Of a DNA stretch of 64,000 nt, positions 23,800 to 36,679 are shown piece by piece; within the stretch, counting starts at the first letter, position 1; the number at the start of each line of letters is the position of its first letter. Where the stretch lies: NCBI GenBank assembly GCA_029953675.1, contig JAMWBK010000011.1, positions 1,302,001-1,366,000 of the forward strand, in the 5' to 3' direction. The DNA is from Rhodosorus marinus CCMP1338. Taxonomy: Eukaryota > Plantae > Rhodophyta. The notes beneath the pieces are model-generated. The model searched no databases. It was given only the letters and a program-made list of their open reading frames with translations, and was not told where the DNA came from. Position numbers and translations under genes: made by a program.

Positions 23800-24734
23800 A
23801 TTTGTACAACAAAACGTCCTTCGAAAACAAATTCCTGAACGTTTCACCGTAGGCTCAGGAAACCCGTAACCCTCTCCAGCTCGTCTCACTATTTATCCGA
23901 CCTCAACCCCACTCAATACTGTGCTGTACACCGCTCGGACAGCATCATCATCCCCCAATATAGCCAGTACTAGCCCTAGCTCCGCTGAGCAGTGAAGCTC
24001 GCAGCGTCATCAAGCGTCTTTTTTCAGTCTGCGACCACTTTTGATTGCGTTTGTTTCATGTTTGGTGAACTATCTATATATTGAACCGTTGATAGTGAGG
24101 TGCATCCTTGTATGATGCTCAACAAGGTGGTTCGGCAGGACGGGCTGACAGTGTCGAAAAAAAAGTTACTGGTCCCCAGTCAAGTTTTCGCTGATTTATT
24201 AGCTTGAGGTCTGCAATAGAGAGAGCATTAGTCCCACATCTACGCGGCAAACAGAAACAGAGAGTTCGAACAAAGTGGTAGCCTCTGATAACCGAACTGT
24301 CACTTGAAAGTCGTTTCTGGTTTTGGAGTGCAGTTTCATTTCTCACGGTCGACAGCGTCACAAAAGACCGGTTCAGCCCCACTTTCGAGAGTCATCAAGC
24401 TCCGTTGCAGCTAGAAGAAACTCATAATGAGAGTTCAAGTTCACCCTATCCATGTTCGCATTGAGCAAGCTTGTGGTCGTAGTGTACCCTGGTTTCAGCC
24501 AGGGCCATTGTCACATGAAAAGTGGGACGTCCCATTAATTGTTGTGGGACATTTCGAGCTCGTGGACGAGTTCGCTTGGAAAACCATGGAGGCTGGAGAT
24601 GGAAACCAGCAATCCGAAATACTTTGGGTGCTGAGGGAGCCACAGGGTAAGATAATGGTGTCTGTATGACGCATGTTACTGGTGGCCAGAGGTACCGAGG
24701 TGGAATGAACATACTAAAGATGAGAGAAAAAGGA

Positions 24735-26167
24735 ATGAAGTTGGGCTTTTTGGTTACATCTGGTGGAGCATGGGGTGGAAAAGGACTGGAGGGAAATGTT
24801 CAGCAACGGAGGCTGTGCTGGACTAGCATGGCGGGGAAGGGGTTTGGTATGCGCCCACGGTTCAAGTACACTGGTAAGCTGCAGCCGGGAGAGTTAAGTC
24901 CGACGAGGACTGTTCCTTAAGGAGATTTTGAGGCCGAGTTATGCTGGTGATGGAATTCCAAAGGAGCCATCTCCCAAGGTTCCGTGGGATATTGAAGTCA
25001 AGTCGGAGGCGGATATTGAGGCTATGAGAGTATCTGGTCGATTAGCTAGAGAGGTTGGCTCGCCTAACGCAAGCGCACTAATCACATGTGTGAGAGTTTC
25101 GTTCAATTTGAACTCGCTACTTTTTCTGCTAGGTGCTGGACATAGCCGGGCGAATGGTTAAACCCGGAGTTTCGACCGATGAAATTGATGCTGCTGTCCA
25201 TGAAGAGTCCTTGAAGAGAAACTGCTACCCTTCTCCTTTGAACTACAGGGGTTTCCCAAAGTCGTGCTGCACATCGGTGAGGTTTTACCACGAGTACATG
25301 TCTTCGTGGCCAGAGATCGTTGCTGATACCTGCGTCTCTGCTGGGATAGATAAATGAAATCATCTGTCACGGTATTCCAGATACAACAATTCTGAAGGAT
25401 GGCGATATCGTAAACATTGACATCACAGTATACCACAACGGATATCACGGCGACTGCTCGGAGACGGTGCTCGTTGGGAACGTTGACGATGAAGGAAAAA
25501 AACTGGTTCGAGTGACCTATGAGTGCCTAATGAAGGCCATGGAAATTTGCAAGGTGAACAATGAGACTCTGGACTGTCCCCTCGAGCGCAGTAACTGACA
25601 CTTGGATTTGGGCCCTGTCCGTACTTAGCCCGGAGTACCTTATTCAGAGATTGGGAACACGATACAGAAACACGCAGACGACAGCGAACTGAGGGTAGTC
25701 ACCGACTTCATCGGCCACGGCATTGGAAAGGCGTTTCATACGACGCCGAACGTTTTGCACTTTGCGAACAACCAGAACAACGGCATTATGAAGGAAGGAC
25801 ACGTCTTCACCATCGAACCCATGATCAACGAAGGTGAGGTCCTGCAAAATTTGGTCTACCCGCAAATGGAGCTTTAGAGGAGGAAACCATGCCGCGCTGA
25901 TCCGATTCTGAAATTCCGCTCCCCGACAGGCACGATCAGGAACGTCATCTGGCCCGATCAGTGGACAGCAGCAACCAAGGATGGGAAGCGAAGTGCTCAG
26001 TTTGAGCACACATTGTTATGTATGATAGTCAAAACGAAAACATGGCTCGTCGCTAGCAGAGCATGTGCTAACGTCCGTCCTTGTTTACGTGCGCAGTAAC
26101 TAAGAACGGAGTAGAACCCTTAACTGGACGTCTGCCAGACAGCAATCCGCTGAGATTCATGGAATAG
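24735..26167 (+). CDS. MAP1: Organellar methionine aminopeptidase type 1, tandem copy A (multi-exon; apparent +1 frameshift at 24917-24918)
   Basis: [27 protein letters not shown]|[49 protein letters not shown]. Removing one T at 'cct taa gga' gives [10 protein letters not shown], collinear with copy B. Confidence 0.85.
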
Positions 26168-26897
26168 TGGTTCGAGAACTCGTCCGGAAACAATCCATCA
26201 AGCAAACTCTTGGGGGCAGTCGGAAGAGGTCTTGCCAGGAAACCGGAAGCATCAAAATCGAAACTGTGGATCTGTTTCGGGTCACTTATTAAAGCTTGAT
26301 CGCTCCTCATGGATTGCTTTTTATAGCTTCTGAATCATCTCAGGTCGCGGTCCAGGAGGTATTCAGATATCGCCTCGAAAACATGGTAGCAAACCTGATT
26401 CGCTGAGTTCGAACGAGGCAGCAAGCGGTCAACGCGCCTTCAAGTGAAATGGTATCCTCTGAATCGCGTTGGTCTTGAATTCGTGTCCTGGAAGGGCAGC
26501 TTTTCCTGAGCGTCCATCTCAAGGTTGCCGCTTCAGATAGGTCCTCTCTAGTGTTAGCACTGTCGAGCATGTCAAGGCAGGATACCTTGATCCGAAGGTC
26601 ATTCAATCCCCTGTCTGAACAAAGACTCTCGGCAGCTCTATTAGTTGGGTGCAGATTGTAGATTGGCATGTGAGAGTTCGAGCCCTATCTTCGAGCTCAG
26701 ATCGATATCTCTTGGAGAAGCTCGCTGCGATTGAGAGTGGTGCTCTGGCTACTGGTGTGGATTTAAGCGAACCCTTTTTGATGTGGGTTTTCGTGGGTAT
26801 GACTGTCTCAGGCATGGCGTCTTGACGTTGAGTGGGTTGCTGTTTTTTTCCGGGCAATCACCAGAGACCGATGGAACTAAGTCCTGAATACAGAGCT

Positions 26898-28410
26898 ATG
26901 GCGTTTGCATCGAGTTTACAATGCCTCCACCGTGGAGAGCCAAACCGTATCTCGGTACAGCCAACTCGGCCGTGCTCCACTAGGATGTCGACAAAGGGCT
27001 TTGGAAGGCCTCGACAAGTGTTCAAGTACACTGGCAAGGTTCGTCCAGGTATTGTGAGCCCGAAGAGATCTGTTCCAGGCGTTATCATGAGACCCAGCTA
27101 TGCTGATGACGGCATACCGAAGGAGAAGCAACCTCAGAAACCGTGGGAGATCGAGATCAAGTCCGAAGAGGATATCGCAGCCATGAGAATCTCTGGACGG
27201 CTTGCTAGAGAGGTACGAACCGATCAGACGATACAAGGCGAAGGTCATCGTCAGAAGCTCTGATACAAGTCTTCAGGTTCTTGATATAGCAGGAAGAACA
27301 GCCGTAGCTGGTGCCTCAACCGAGGACATCGACGTTGTAGTGCATGACGAAACTCTAAAGCGAGGGGCATACCCTTCTCCCCTTAACTATGGCGGATTCC
27401 CGAAGGCCTGCTGTACCTCGGTGAGCGAGATAAAGTACTCTGAAAACCCCGCGCAGCTTAGCGTGATTGAATACGCGTGCTCTGCTTGTCACGTAGGGTT
27501 GCTCCACCGTCCTTTCTAAACTCTAATGGTTCCGTTGCCACCGGCCAAGGTCAACGAGATCATAGGCCATGGAATACCAGATTCGACAGTCCTAAACAAA
27601 GGGGATATCGTTAATGTTGATGTAACTGTATACTACAACGGATTCCATGGCGATTGCTCTGAGACGTTTCTGGTCGGCGATGTGGATCCCGAGGCATCTA
27701 GACTGGTCAGAGTGACATACGAGTGTTTACAACTGGCAATCGCTATTTGCAAGGTAACGCCTGAGCAACAGATGAGGCAATCATGTATGTGGCTCTTGCT
27801 GAAATAATCCGTCGCTTGTCTCTTGTCTGGGTCAGCCTGGTATTCCGTATTCAGAGATTGGAAAAACGATTCAGAGACATGCAGATACCAATGGTGTTGG
27901 CGTGTTCAAGGACGGCGTCGGCCATGGAATTGGACAAGCGTTTCATACGACACCTGATGTTTTGCACTTTGCGAACACTGTGAATAACGGTGAGAATTTC
28001 TTATGCTCTTTTCCCAGTTTGTATGGCACTAAATTTTAGTTTTCGTCGAGGTGTCTCCTTTAGGAATTATGAGAAAGGGACACGTGTTTACAATAGAACC
28101 AATGATCAATGAAGGTATGTGGGCCACGACCACCATGCAAAGTCTCTGCCACCCTATCGCCATACGTAGTTTGTTCGCTCAAGCGAGATTATCAACACGC
28201 GAACGTAGGATCCGCGAGAGGCGTCATATGGCCAGATGGCTGGACCGCAGCAACGAAGGATGGCAGAAGGAGCGCTCAGTTTGAGCATACAGTGCTGAGT
28301 AAGTGAATCATTTTAATCCTGAACTTCATCGCGCTTGGCTCTCTGCTTCTAGTGAAGCGCTCACGGCTTTCGACGAGAAGCGCCCAGCGCAGGATGCGTT
28401 CAACAGATAA
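26898..28410 (+). CDS. MAP1: Organellar methionine aminopeptidase type 1, tandem copy B (multi-exon; last exon uncertain)
   Basis: MAFASS transit peptide; [68 protein letters not shown]. The terminal exon does not splice cleanly into the 'EALT' frame. Confidence 0.83.
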
Positions 28411-29573
28411 ATGGGAGAAGTCCAATCACTAGATTGGTTTCGCAGTTCATACTGCTTGTTGTTTCTAACCGCCTGCTCACACTTCTTGTGGACGACTGTA
28501 ATTCCGTTTAGTAACCGAAGGGGGTGCAGAGCTTCTGACCGCTCGACTACCAGGGAGCAACCCGCTAATGTTCCTCGAAGAAAAGCATTGACGAGCATTC
28601 CAGTCCTGAGAGTTCCCCAGTAGAGGCGTGGTGCATTCGGTGATGAGCTTTATTCACCACAAGCACGATGCTATTGCTCTTGGGTAGCGATTTCCATATG
28701 ACCGATTGATGGTGCACTTAGCAGCCTCAGATGTGGTTTCATTGTCAATAGAGAAGCGGTAGACTGAAGGTGGAAATGTCGAAGCGATGTCGCTCCGACC
28801 AAACCGGATGGTGACTCTCACGTGTGGGGACCTTGTGCTTTGGGCTTTTAGTGGTCTCTGAAAGCTCATCAGTCTTTGACTGTGATGCTGTAAGGCGAGG
28901 GGCTAATCAGTCTGTGATTAGTTGCCGATCATGGAGAAGACCTGAGAATTCATTTTGCACGATGTTTCACACGTCCGAAATGCGGGAACTCCTGTTTGAG
29001 TGACCCGCAGCGGATATCACGGATAAATCGGAATCCTTGACAGTAGCTTGCGCACCGATTTTCAGTGACGTGAAAAACAATCGGATACTGGGGTTGAAAC
29101 TCAGAGTCCGATCAGGAAGTTGTAGAAATGAACTTTCATAATACTCGTCCGGGAAAAACATTGTATCTTACCATCATCAGTTCCGCCACGACTCATGGCA
29201 AAAATATCAGATCCGACCACGTTTGTCACCAAGACCTTGAATCTGGAGTGGATCGAACCATTCGAAGCGTTCCACACCTTTCAAAGAGCAACATCTTAAA
29301 AAATTCGCTTTCGAATACATACTAGATGCTGGTCTAGGAAGCACCTAAAGCTCCGTCCCCGAGCACGTGTGCGTCTGACACTACAGCCGTTGGCTTAGAA
29401 AACCTGTGGACGGGATTGTCAGGAGTATCCGGAGATTGAAGAGGATCGATCCGTAAATGATTGAGTGCAGGCGCTAAGCATTCGCTGAATGACATCACTA
29501 GGGGTAGCGTTTCAGTCTCTCAACGTGTGCATCGTGGAAGCAATACACTCTGAGACTTTGTTAGGACGAAGAG

Positions 29574-30328
29574 ATGGCTGGGTTTGTGGAGGGAGTCGGG
29601 TTGCCGGGAAAATCAGCTTCTGAAAGGGATGTTTGCGTCTGCAGAGCTGAAGAGATATCTAGGAGAGCTGTTTTGGCGGCCATTGGGATAAGCTTGGTTC
29701 GCGTTCCTGATGTCAATGCAGTAGTAGAAGACATTCCTGCGATTCGTGGCCGGCAATTTGGGAAGGAGAGGATTCTGTACAAAGATTTCAGCTTGACACC
29801 GTCTGGGCTGCAATATAAGGATGTGAAAATCGGAAGTGGAAACTCCCCAAATGATGGAGACCGCATTGTTGTGGACTGGGAAGGGTACACGATTGGATAC
29901 TATGGAAGAATTTTTGAGTCGAAGAACAAGGTGAAAGGTGGAGCATTTGAGAACGACAAGGACTACTTCCGGTGGGTCCAAGGCAAGCATACGGTTATCC
30001 CAGCCCTCGAGGAAGGAGTTAGGGATATGAAAGCGGGCGGAATACGCCAACTGATTATTCCACCAGAGATAGGATATCCAGACTGGGATCCGCGGCACGA
30101 CAAAGTCGGGCCAAGACCAACAACATTCTCAGGTCAGCGGGCCCTCGATTTCGTCATCCAAAACCAGGTGAGACATCCACCCAACTTTATTTTAATCCAA
30201 TAGCCAAGCCTTGAATCGTCAACTGATCCTCCTCATCCCATTCATAGGGCCTTGTTGATAAAACGTTGTTGATCAACGTTGAACTGATCAGAGTCGACCG
30301 TCCAGGGGATAGGGGCTTCAAGGGATAA
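29574..30328 (+). CDS. FKBP19: Thylakoid-lumen FKBP-type PPIase FKBP19, copy A (2 exons)
   Basis: Tat signal 'SRRAVLAAIGISLVRVPDVNA'; VVDWEGYTIGYYGRIFE.KNK.KGG, GPRPTTFSGQRALDFV..NQ|GLVDKTLL.NVEL match the plant FKBP19 pattern; intron 30168-30247. Confidence 0.9.
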
Positions 30329-30779
30329 ACCCCAAAGCCCCAAAATTCAAAGAACAACTTAACATACCCATTAAAAACATATCCGTAGGATCTCGAGCTC
30401 AGTAGAAAGCATAGAGCACCTCAGCTCAATAGTCGACAGCTGTAACCCCGTTTCCCCTTCGATTGACCCAGTGATCATACAGAAAAGTCCTCTTATAAGT
30501 TCATCCAAGTTGGTATGAAGTCTTGCTCTTCCTCATGATTGCAGCAAAGATGATGTTCTCAGCCACATCTGCTTGCTGGGGTTGACGAAAGGAAGTCTGC
30601 ATCGTCCGAGCAGTCCCAATCCCGACCATTATTAAGAAGGGACAAAAGACTGGTGGGTTTCTAAGCTCGAATCGGTTGTTCGCCCTCTGGGATCATTCGG
30701 TTGGAAGGAAAAACCAGTTAACGGCAGACTCTGGAGCTATGCCTGGGTCCATGGAGTCTATACTTTAACGCTCCTGATC

Positions 30780-31572
30780 ATGAGTAGCTTTGGTGAGGGA
30801 GAGGCCTTCTTGAGTACTCTCTGGGCTTGTTCTACTCGACGGTCCGGGAGATCGGTTTGTGCAGTATCGGTAGACAGATCGCGTCGACTTGTTCTACTGG
30901 GAATTGGATTGGCTGTTTTGCCGAATCCTTCTTTGACGGCTGAAGCTGGGAATGAGAGGGGCACGATCGCTGACAAACCAGAAACAAAGTACCCAGATTT
31001 TCAGGTGACCGAATCTGGACTTCAGTATCGTGATGTTCGGGTTGGAGGCGGCCCTTCCCCAAACGTGGGAGACCGCGTTGTGGTTGACTGGGAAGGATAC
31101 ACACTCGGGCACCAAGGCCGACCGTTTGCTGCAAAGAACAAAGTTAAAGGCGGTGACTTTGAGGGTGACCAGGACTTTTGCAGGTGGGTTCAGGGCCAGC
31201 ACACTGTGATACCAGCCCTCGAAGATGCGGTCAGCTCCATGAAGCAAGGCGGCGTTCGTCAAGTTGTTTTCCAGGGAAGTGGACAGCTGGGCTACCCGGC
31301 TTCCGATCCGAAACATGAAAAAGTGGGACCAAAACCGAAGACTTTTGCCGGAATGCAAAGGCTGGATTTTGTACTTACTAGCAAGGTGAGCTCTCGATTC
31401 GCAACATTCACATTCTATCATCTTCCTAGATCTAACCCAACCCGGCAAGGTTCTGACCAGATGCAAATCCATTCCCCTCGCCATTTTGTAGGGCTATGTC
31501 GACAGCACCCTTCTCATAAACGTCGAACTCATTCGAATCGATCGTCCAGGAGAACGAGGGTTCAGAGGGTGA
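30780..31572 (+). CDS. FKBP19-like paralogue, copy B (2 exons, same intron position)
   Basis: Tat signal 'SRRLVLLGIGLAV'; VVDWEGYTLGHQGRPF, GPKPKTFAGMQRLDFVLTSK|GYVDSTLLINVELIRIDRPGERGFRG*. Confidence 0.85.
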
Positions 31573-31708
31573 GGTGCGGTGGCACTCAGCTCTGGAGGAC
31601 ATCTCATGCTGAGGGAGCTCGCAGATCGGTAGGGCCTAGGTCTCCGCCACAGCAATTTATCGAGAGGGCTCGTTCCGTAGTTTCTATAATGATCGCTTGA
31701 TGACAGAG

Positions 31709-32819
31709 TCAGCCCTCCGCGTAGTTCGAGTGAGCAGTTGCCTTCGTGTGGTCTAGAGCGCCTTTCTCGCCGTATACGACAGCACTGCAGTCCTGGCATT
31801 TCAGCTTGAAGTTGGCTGTGTCTGTATACGCCTTACGCTTGTTTTCTCTTTGCGCGAGGGCGATAGCTTTAGTCTGCGCCACGACGTCGTTGCTTGCGAA
31901 GAGCGTCACGTCCAAATCCCGGTTGCTCTCACCACCCAGCGCAAGGGCGATAGCATCATAGTGGATGCCGTCATACAAAAGGTAGCCTCGTAGCTCGTAG
32001 TCTTTGCCCTCGCCGTAGCAATCCATTCGTGTCGTTTTAACATCAATCGCTGCGATCTCCGTCTTGAAATGATCTGCAAGGATTGAAAGCTCGATTGCTC
32101 CTCCCCAAGATGTCTCCCTCAGGATCCAACTCTGATACTCTTGGGAGCTCTTTCCAAGAGTCACCTCCGTATAAAAATGCGGCTTATCCCTAACTCCGTT
32201 GGCGACGTTCCTTCGAAGAAACTCTGCAGTGTGACTCTGTCCGATGACAAGGCTCACTGCTCGGAAAAGGCACGAGTTGTCATCGGGGACTACCCTCCGC
32301 ACGAAATCTGCCTCATCTGCGATTGAGCTTGCCCCTGCTGACTGGCTAGGGGCAACAGCAACGTGACTTGGCTCGCTTTCCTGGTCCTTACTATCCGCTC
32401 TGTCATCTTCCACAACTACAGAGTCTCCTACACTCTGCTTCTTTGCAGTTTCCTCAACCACAAGAGAATCTCCTTGTCTAAAGATCGATTTCACGTTCTC
32501 GCCGCCATCCAATGTCACTTCAGTGGGTGGAAAACCGCTCTTAACTACCGAAATACAGGATAAGCGAAATTCAGTGAGTGGGGAGCAGTATAGCTCGTCG
32601 CAGGGTAGATTAGCACCTCACTCTTTATTCTATCCACATCAATACCAGAGACCTCGGAGATGGACTTGAGCAGCTCATCCTGTGTCCAGTCATCACCAGC
32701 TTTCACCTGCGAAACACCGTTTCTAGTTCGAACTCTTAACAACTGCGAGCGAGGAAAACACAGCGGGCTAGTTAGCTGTGCATTGACGAGAAATTAACAG
32801 TCCGATCAAGGCCTACCAT
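31709..32819 (-). CDS. OTU1: OTU1/YOD1-like deubiquitinase (Ub-like N-terminus, OTU domain, C2H2 finger)
   Basis: VPDDNSCLFRAV, WGGAIEL, LYDGIHYDA, C-terminal KLKCQDC...H...H. Exon 1 is only the ATG at 32817-32819, followed by a 74-bp GT-AG intron. Confidence 0.9.
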
Positions 32820-33214
32820 CCTAGCAACAAGTCTTGTTCACCGTAGCACCTAGTCAATCCCGCTCCATCAGCCTTCAAGCTAACGGCTTGACAATCCCAT
32901 TCGAAAAGTCAAGATAATAGATTTTTCCTCACATGGCGAGACCGTCAATGCCATGCCTTACCAGACAGTGCTAAACAGCAAGATTGACCTGCGCGTCAGG
33001 TTGGTTCTCATACATTCATAAAGTACTCATGGAGGGTCTCGTTACTTAGCGGGTGAGCCGGGACGGGTTGCAACCCAGTGGAATTGGTCCATGATCAACC
33101 TACAGTTGCACGCGCTATCTGATGAAAAACCGGAATGAAGAAATCGAAGAATCAAGAGGCCATAGACTTTACTGCAACGTTGAATGAAGTGGTCGCTAAG
33201 TGATTGTCAGATTC

Positions 33215-34052
33215 TTATTCTCCGCTGGGGTCTGGATCGATGGCCTGCGAATTGCCGGGAATTTTCGTATATTTGAATCCGTATTTGGCGCACAGCGCTG
33301 AGCAAGCTGACAGATGCTCTGCTAGATGATGTCCTGGCTCGGCTGAGGCTAAGGAGCTGCTTCCGTTCTAGGAGTATGGATCAAAAGCAAAGCGATTCTC
33401 TCCTCAGGTTTACGTACAGATAACGTATCATGTTTTTGGACTGTGTTGTACCTCCACGTAGCTCTTGAGTGACAATTTGAAGAGGTCGAGCTGATGCTTA
33501 TCTCCTGCATCTAGCCAAGCGGGGAAAGTTTTGAATCGAGGTTCAGTATCGAGATATTCAGGCCAAGGACCAAGGCCTTAGCATACTGTGTACTTTTTTC
33601 TCAGGTGCGGGGCATACCAACACTTAGCTTCCCGTCCCCTGATAGCTTCTGGATTACAACTACAACTCCGAGCCTTTTTATCGAGCAAAGAATTAGCAAT
33701 TTAAATCAGATTGACTCAATGAGACCAGGGGAGACGGGTCTAGCCATACCAAAATCCCAGTTCCTCGGAAGCCTGTACGCCTCTTTCAAATCCCTTCTCG
33801 AATCCTTCCTATAGATGACAAAAGCGGTTGCACATATTACCAGTGCGCGACAGTACATCAGTTCCCTGTGATTATTGATAAACGAACTGTAGCTAGTTTC
33901 CACACCTGAAGGGCCTGCTCCTTGGTCGACGCAAATGCTTCGCGATACCCGCTCGCCCTGAACCGCCCTTGGACTACCTCAAGCTCCCTCTGTCCAGCAG
34001 TCTTCTCGTTGGAATCGCTCTGGCTCCCGAAAAAGTCATCCTCCTCATCCAT
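33215..34052 (-). CDS. Yae1/Lto1-like protein (multi-exon; 3' exons approximate)
   Basis: MDEEDDFFGS...RFRASGYREAF...ALQ|EGFEKGFERG...GFW matches the Yae1_N 'GYREG...QEGF..G' pattern. Confidence 0.6.
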
Positions 34053-34287
34053 AACTGCAGTTTCAAGCAGCAGTTGTTCAGCAGTCAACAGCCCACAGAC
34101 ATTGCATTTGCATCCACGAGACAATTAGGTGATCGCTACTGGGTCTGAACATATGGTATGGGGCTTTTTGTCAATCTGTCAATCCCGATTTTATTCTTCT
34201 CAAGTTAGTTTTTTGTTTTCGAAAAGTGGTGGCCGTCGAAGCCTCAAGCTCCTCCTGGCCTCCCTATCTTGGACAAGGATTCAGTCA

Positions 34288-35109
34288 TTAGGTTTCGTAG
34301 AACTTGTTCAAGATCGCTTGAACCGCAGTTTCAACGGTCTTCTCGTTCAGTTTCACGTTTGCTCTAAATTCTTCTTCCGTGAGGGTTCCTCCGACCAGTC
34401 CATTAGCGTAGTTGTCAATCATACAAATCACTGCGTAATCCATGCTCAGCTCCAGAGCCAGGACGGCCTCTGAAGCTGCTGTCATGCCAATCACATCTCC
34501 TAGACTAGACAGGAACCGGACCTCTGCCTTCGTCTCGAATCTGGGTCCAACGGTCTGTACGTAGGTGCCAGAGGTGACGGTTTTTTCTGTGCCTGTCTCA
34601 CCTAATGCCGTAATAATCGTTTGGCGGACTTTCTCGCTGAAGGCGGGAACGAGATGACCTCTAGCATCGTCGAAGTAGGTGGTGCTCATTTGATTGAAGA
34701 AGTCATCAGGGACTACCAACGTACCAGTATCGTATTCTTTCGTCAGACTTCCTACGGAACATACCCCAAGGATCGTTGATACGTCCTTTTGAAGATTTCA
34801 CGTCGTGAAGATTCAGTCATTGACAAGATAGGGCGAGTACATGATCTACACTCAGCTTACCAGACTTTTGAGTGCGGCAATGTATGACTTTTGGTTCATA
34901 ACGTGAGGTGGATTATACACTTCAGCGCCTTTAGTAGCATCCGCATGGTGTCGCTGAACAAACAAAGTGGAATATTCCCGAGTCTCGTCCTCGTACACGA
35001 TCACATTACCGTGTTCAGTTTCCACGACCTTTTCCTTAAAATGATCAAATAGCTTGCTATGCAAGAGCGATGTCCCTCCAATCACAGCTACACGCCCATA
35101 TTTTGTCAT
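34288..35109 (-). CDS. MTAP/MTIP-family purine nucleoside phosphorylase (2 exons)
   Basis: VAVIGGTS, RH...PPH.MN..SYIAAL, CSVGSL...LVVPDDF, GTYVQTVGPRFETKAE, DVIGMT..SEAVLA.EL, MIDNYANG. Confidence 0.85.
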
Positions 35110-35275
35110 GATGGTCAAAAGCTGTAAAAAAATTCCCTCTCTGTACCCTATCCGCCTCTCTCATAGCTCACCATTCAGATATCCATCCTACCAAGATCCA
35201 TTTACAAAAGCACTAATTTCAATGTAAGCGCATTCCATTCCAGAAACCATCCTCCCCATCAGCTAATGCTGCCGC

Positions 35276-35383
35276 TATCGAAATCACTATTGTTTTGGCG
35301 TATAAGAAAACTTCGCTCTTTTGCATCATTGGGATATCGAAATCACTATTAATTAGCATAAGAAAATTCGACTATTTTGCATA
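35276..35383. repeat. Two diverged tandem copies of a 59-bp AT-rich unit upstream of the MTAP-like gene
   Basis: 'tatcgaaatcactatt...ataagaaaa.ttcg..t.ttttgcat' starts at 35276 and again at 35335. Confidence 0.75.
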
Positions 35384-35893
35384 TTTATGGTTTTGTTTAG
35401 TTTCTCAGTCGAAGATGAGCCGGCTTTGCAGTTGAATTAAGTCTGGCAGAACTGATCATATTTCTATGAGAAATGATTGTTGACGGGGACAAACTTCGTT
35501 TGTGACCTGGGAAGCCTGAACAGTTTTATAGAGGCTATCAGTGGGAGAATGAGCCCCGTTTACAGTATTTTGTACGCTTTTATGACTGATCGTGATTACT
35601 GATAACCCGTTCATCGCCGTAACGATGTTCTACGAACATTCCTGACGCCCACAATGCCTTCAACTTGAGTACTGGCTGTTGGTCTAGCTGCTCTGTGGGA
35701 ATCTGAATAATTGGCACAAGGTGTTCGATCTCATGTCTCTCTTCTTTGACGATGTTTGATTGTGTTCACTTTGCTGTTATCTCAAATCTATTTCTCTAGT
35801 ATGTACATCGGCACAGCATTACTTTTGCGCTAAATTTAGGGGCCGCCGGGCGCGAAGCGACCTCAGAAACGGGTGCGGGGCTTACTTGGGCAC

Positions 35894-36679
35894 CTACATC
35901 TCTCCGCATTGCGTGATAACGGAGTTCAACCGAGGTTTGCTTTGTGGACCGACGGGGACGTTTTCTATCTTTCTCACAACCAGCATACCCTCGACCACCC
36001 GCCCAAATACAACGTGCTTTGAATCCAGCCAGTCGCACACCTTTTTTCATAAGTGCAGCAGGGGTAAATCCATTATTTGATCATAATCAAACTCTTGCAA
36101 AATGCCGGTTTTGTACTTACCGCGCACGTAATGAAAAACTGGCATCCGTTTGTGTCCGAGCCGCTGTTGGCCATTGACAGGAGACCACCGCCAGTGTGTT
36201 TTAGGGTGAAGTTCTCGTCTTCGAACCTGTCCGATCGAAAACAACAGTCCGGACTTCAGTACCACATTACCGTGTCGCCAACTTCCGTCCAAACGTAAGA
36301 GCTTACTTTGAGCCGTAGATGCTGATCTTTCCCGTTCCATCGGCGTTAACGAAATCACCTCCCTGTATCATGAAATCCTTAATCACTCTATGGAAGGGCA
36401 CTCCCTTGTAGCCAAGAGGACGTCCATCCTTCTTAAATTCGCCTGTGCAAAACTGTCTAAAGTTCTCAGCCGTTTTTGGGACAATGTCAGCGAATAGCTC
36501 CATCTTTATTCTTCCGGACGGCTGATCGCCTATGCTGACGTCGAAGAATACGACCTAACCGAGAAGAAGCACTTCACTTTCAGCTTCATCTCAAGATAAA
36601 TAAGTCCAGAGAAAGTCCAGAACCCTACCGGATTGGAAGCATTGTGATGCTGCAATGGATCCAACGATTCGTCAACCAT
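35894..36679 (-). CDS. PPIH: Cyclophilin H-type spliceosomal PPIase (multi-exon)
   Basis: NP|[94 protein letters not shown]. Confidence 0.9.

Noticed and set aside
26340-26820. Two overlapping minus-strand ORFs between the MAP1 copies that might form one frameshifted gene
   Set aside because: No splice sites joining them, no recognisable domain and no other support.
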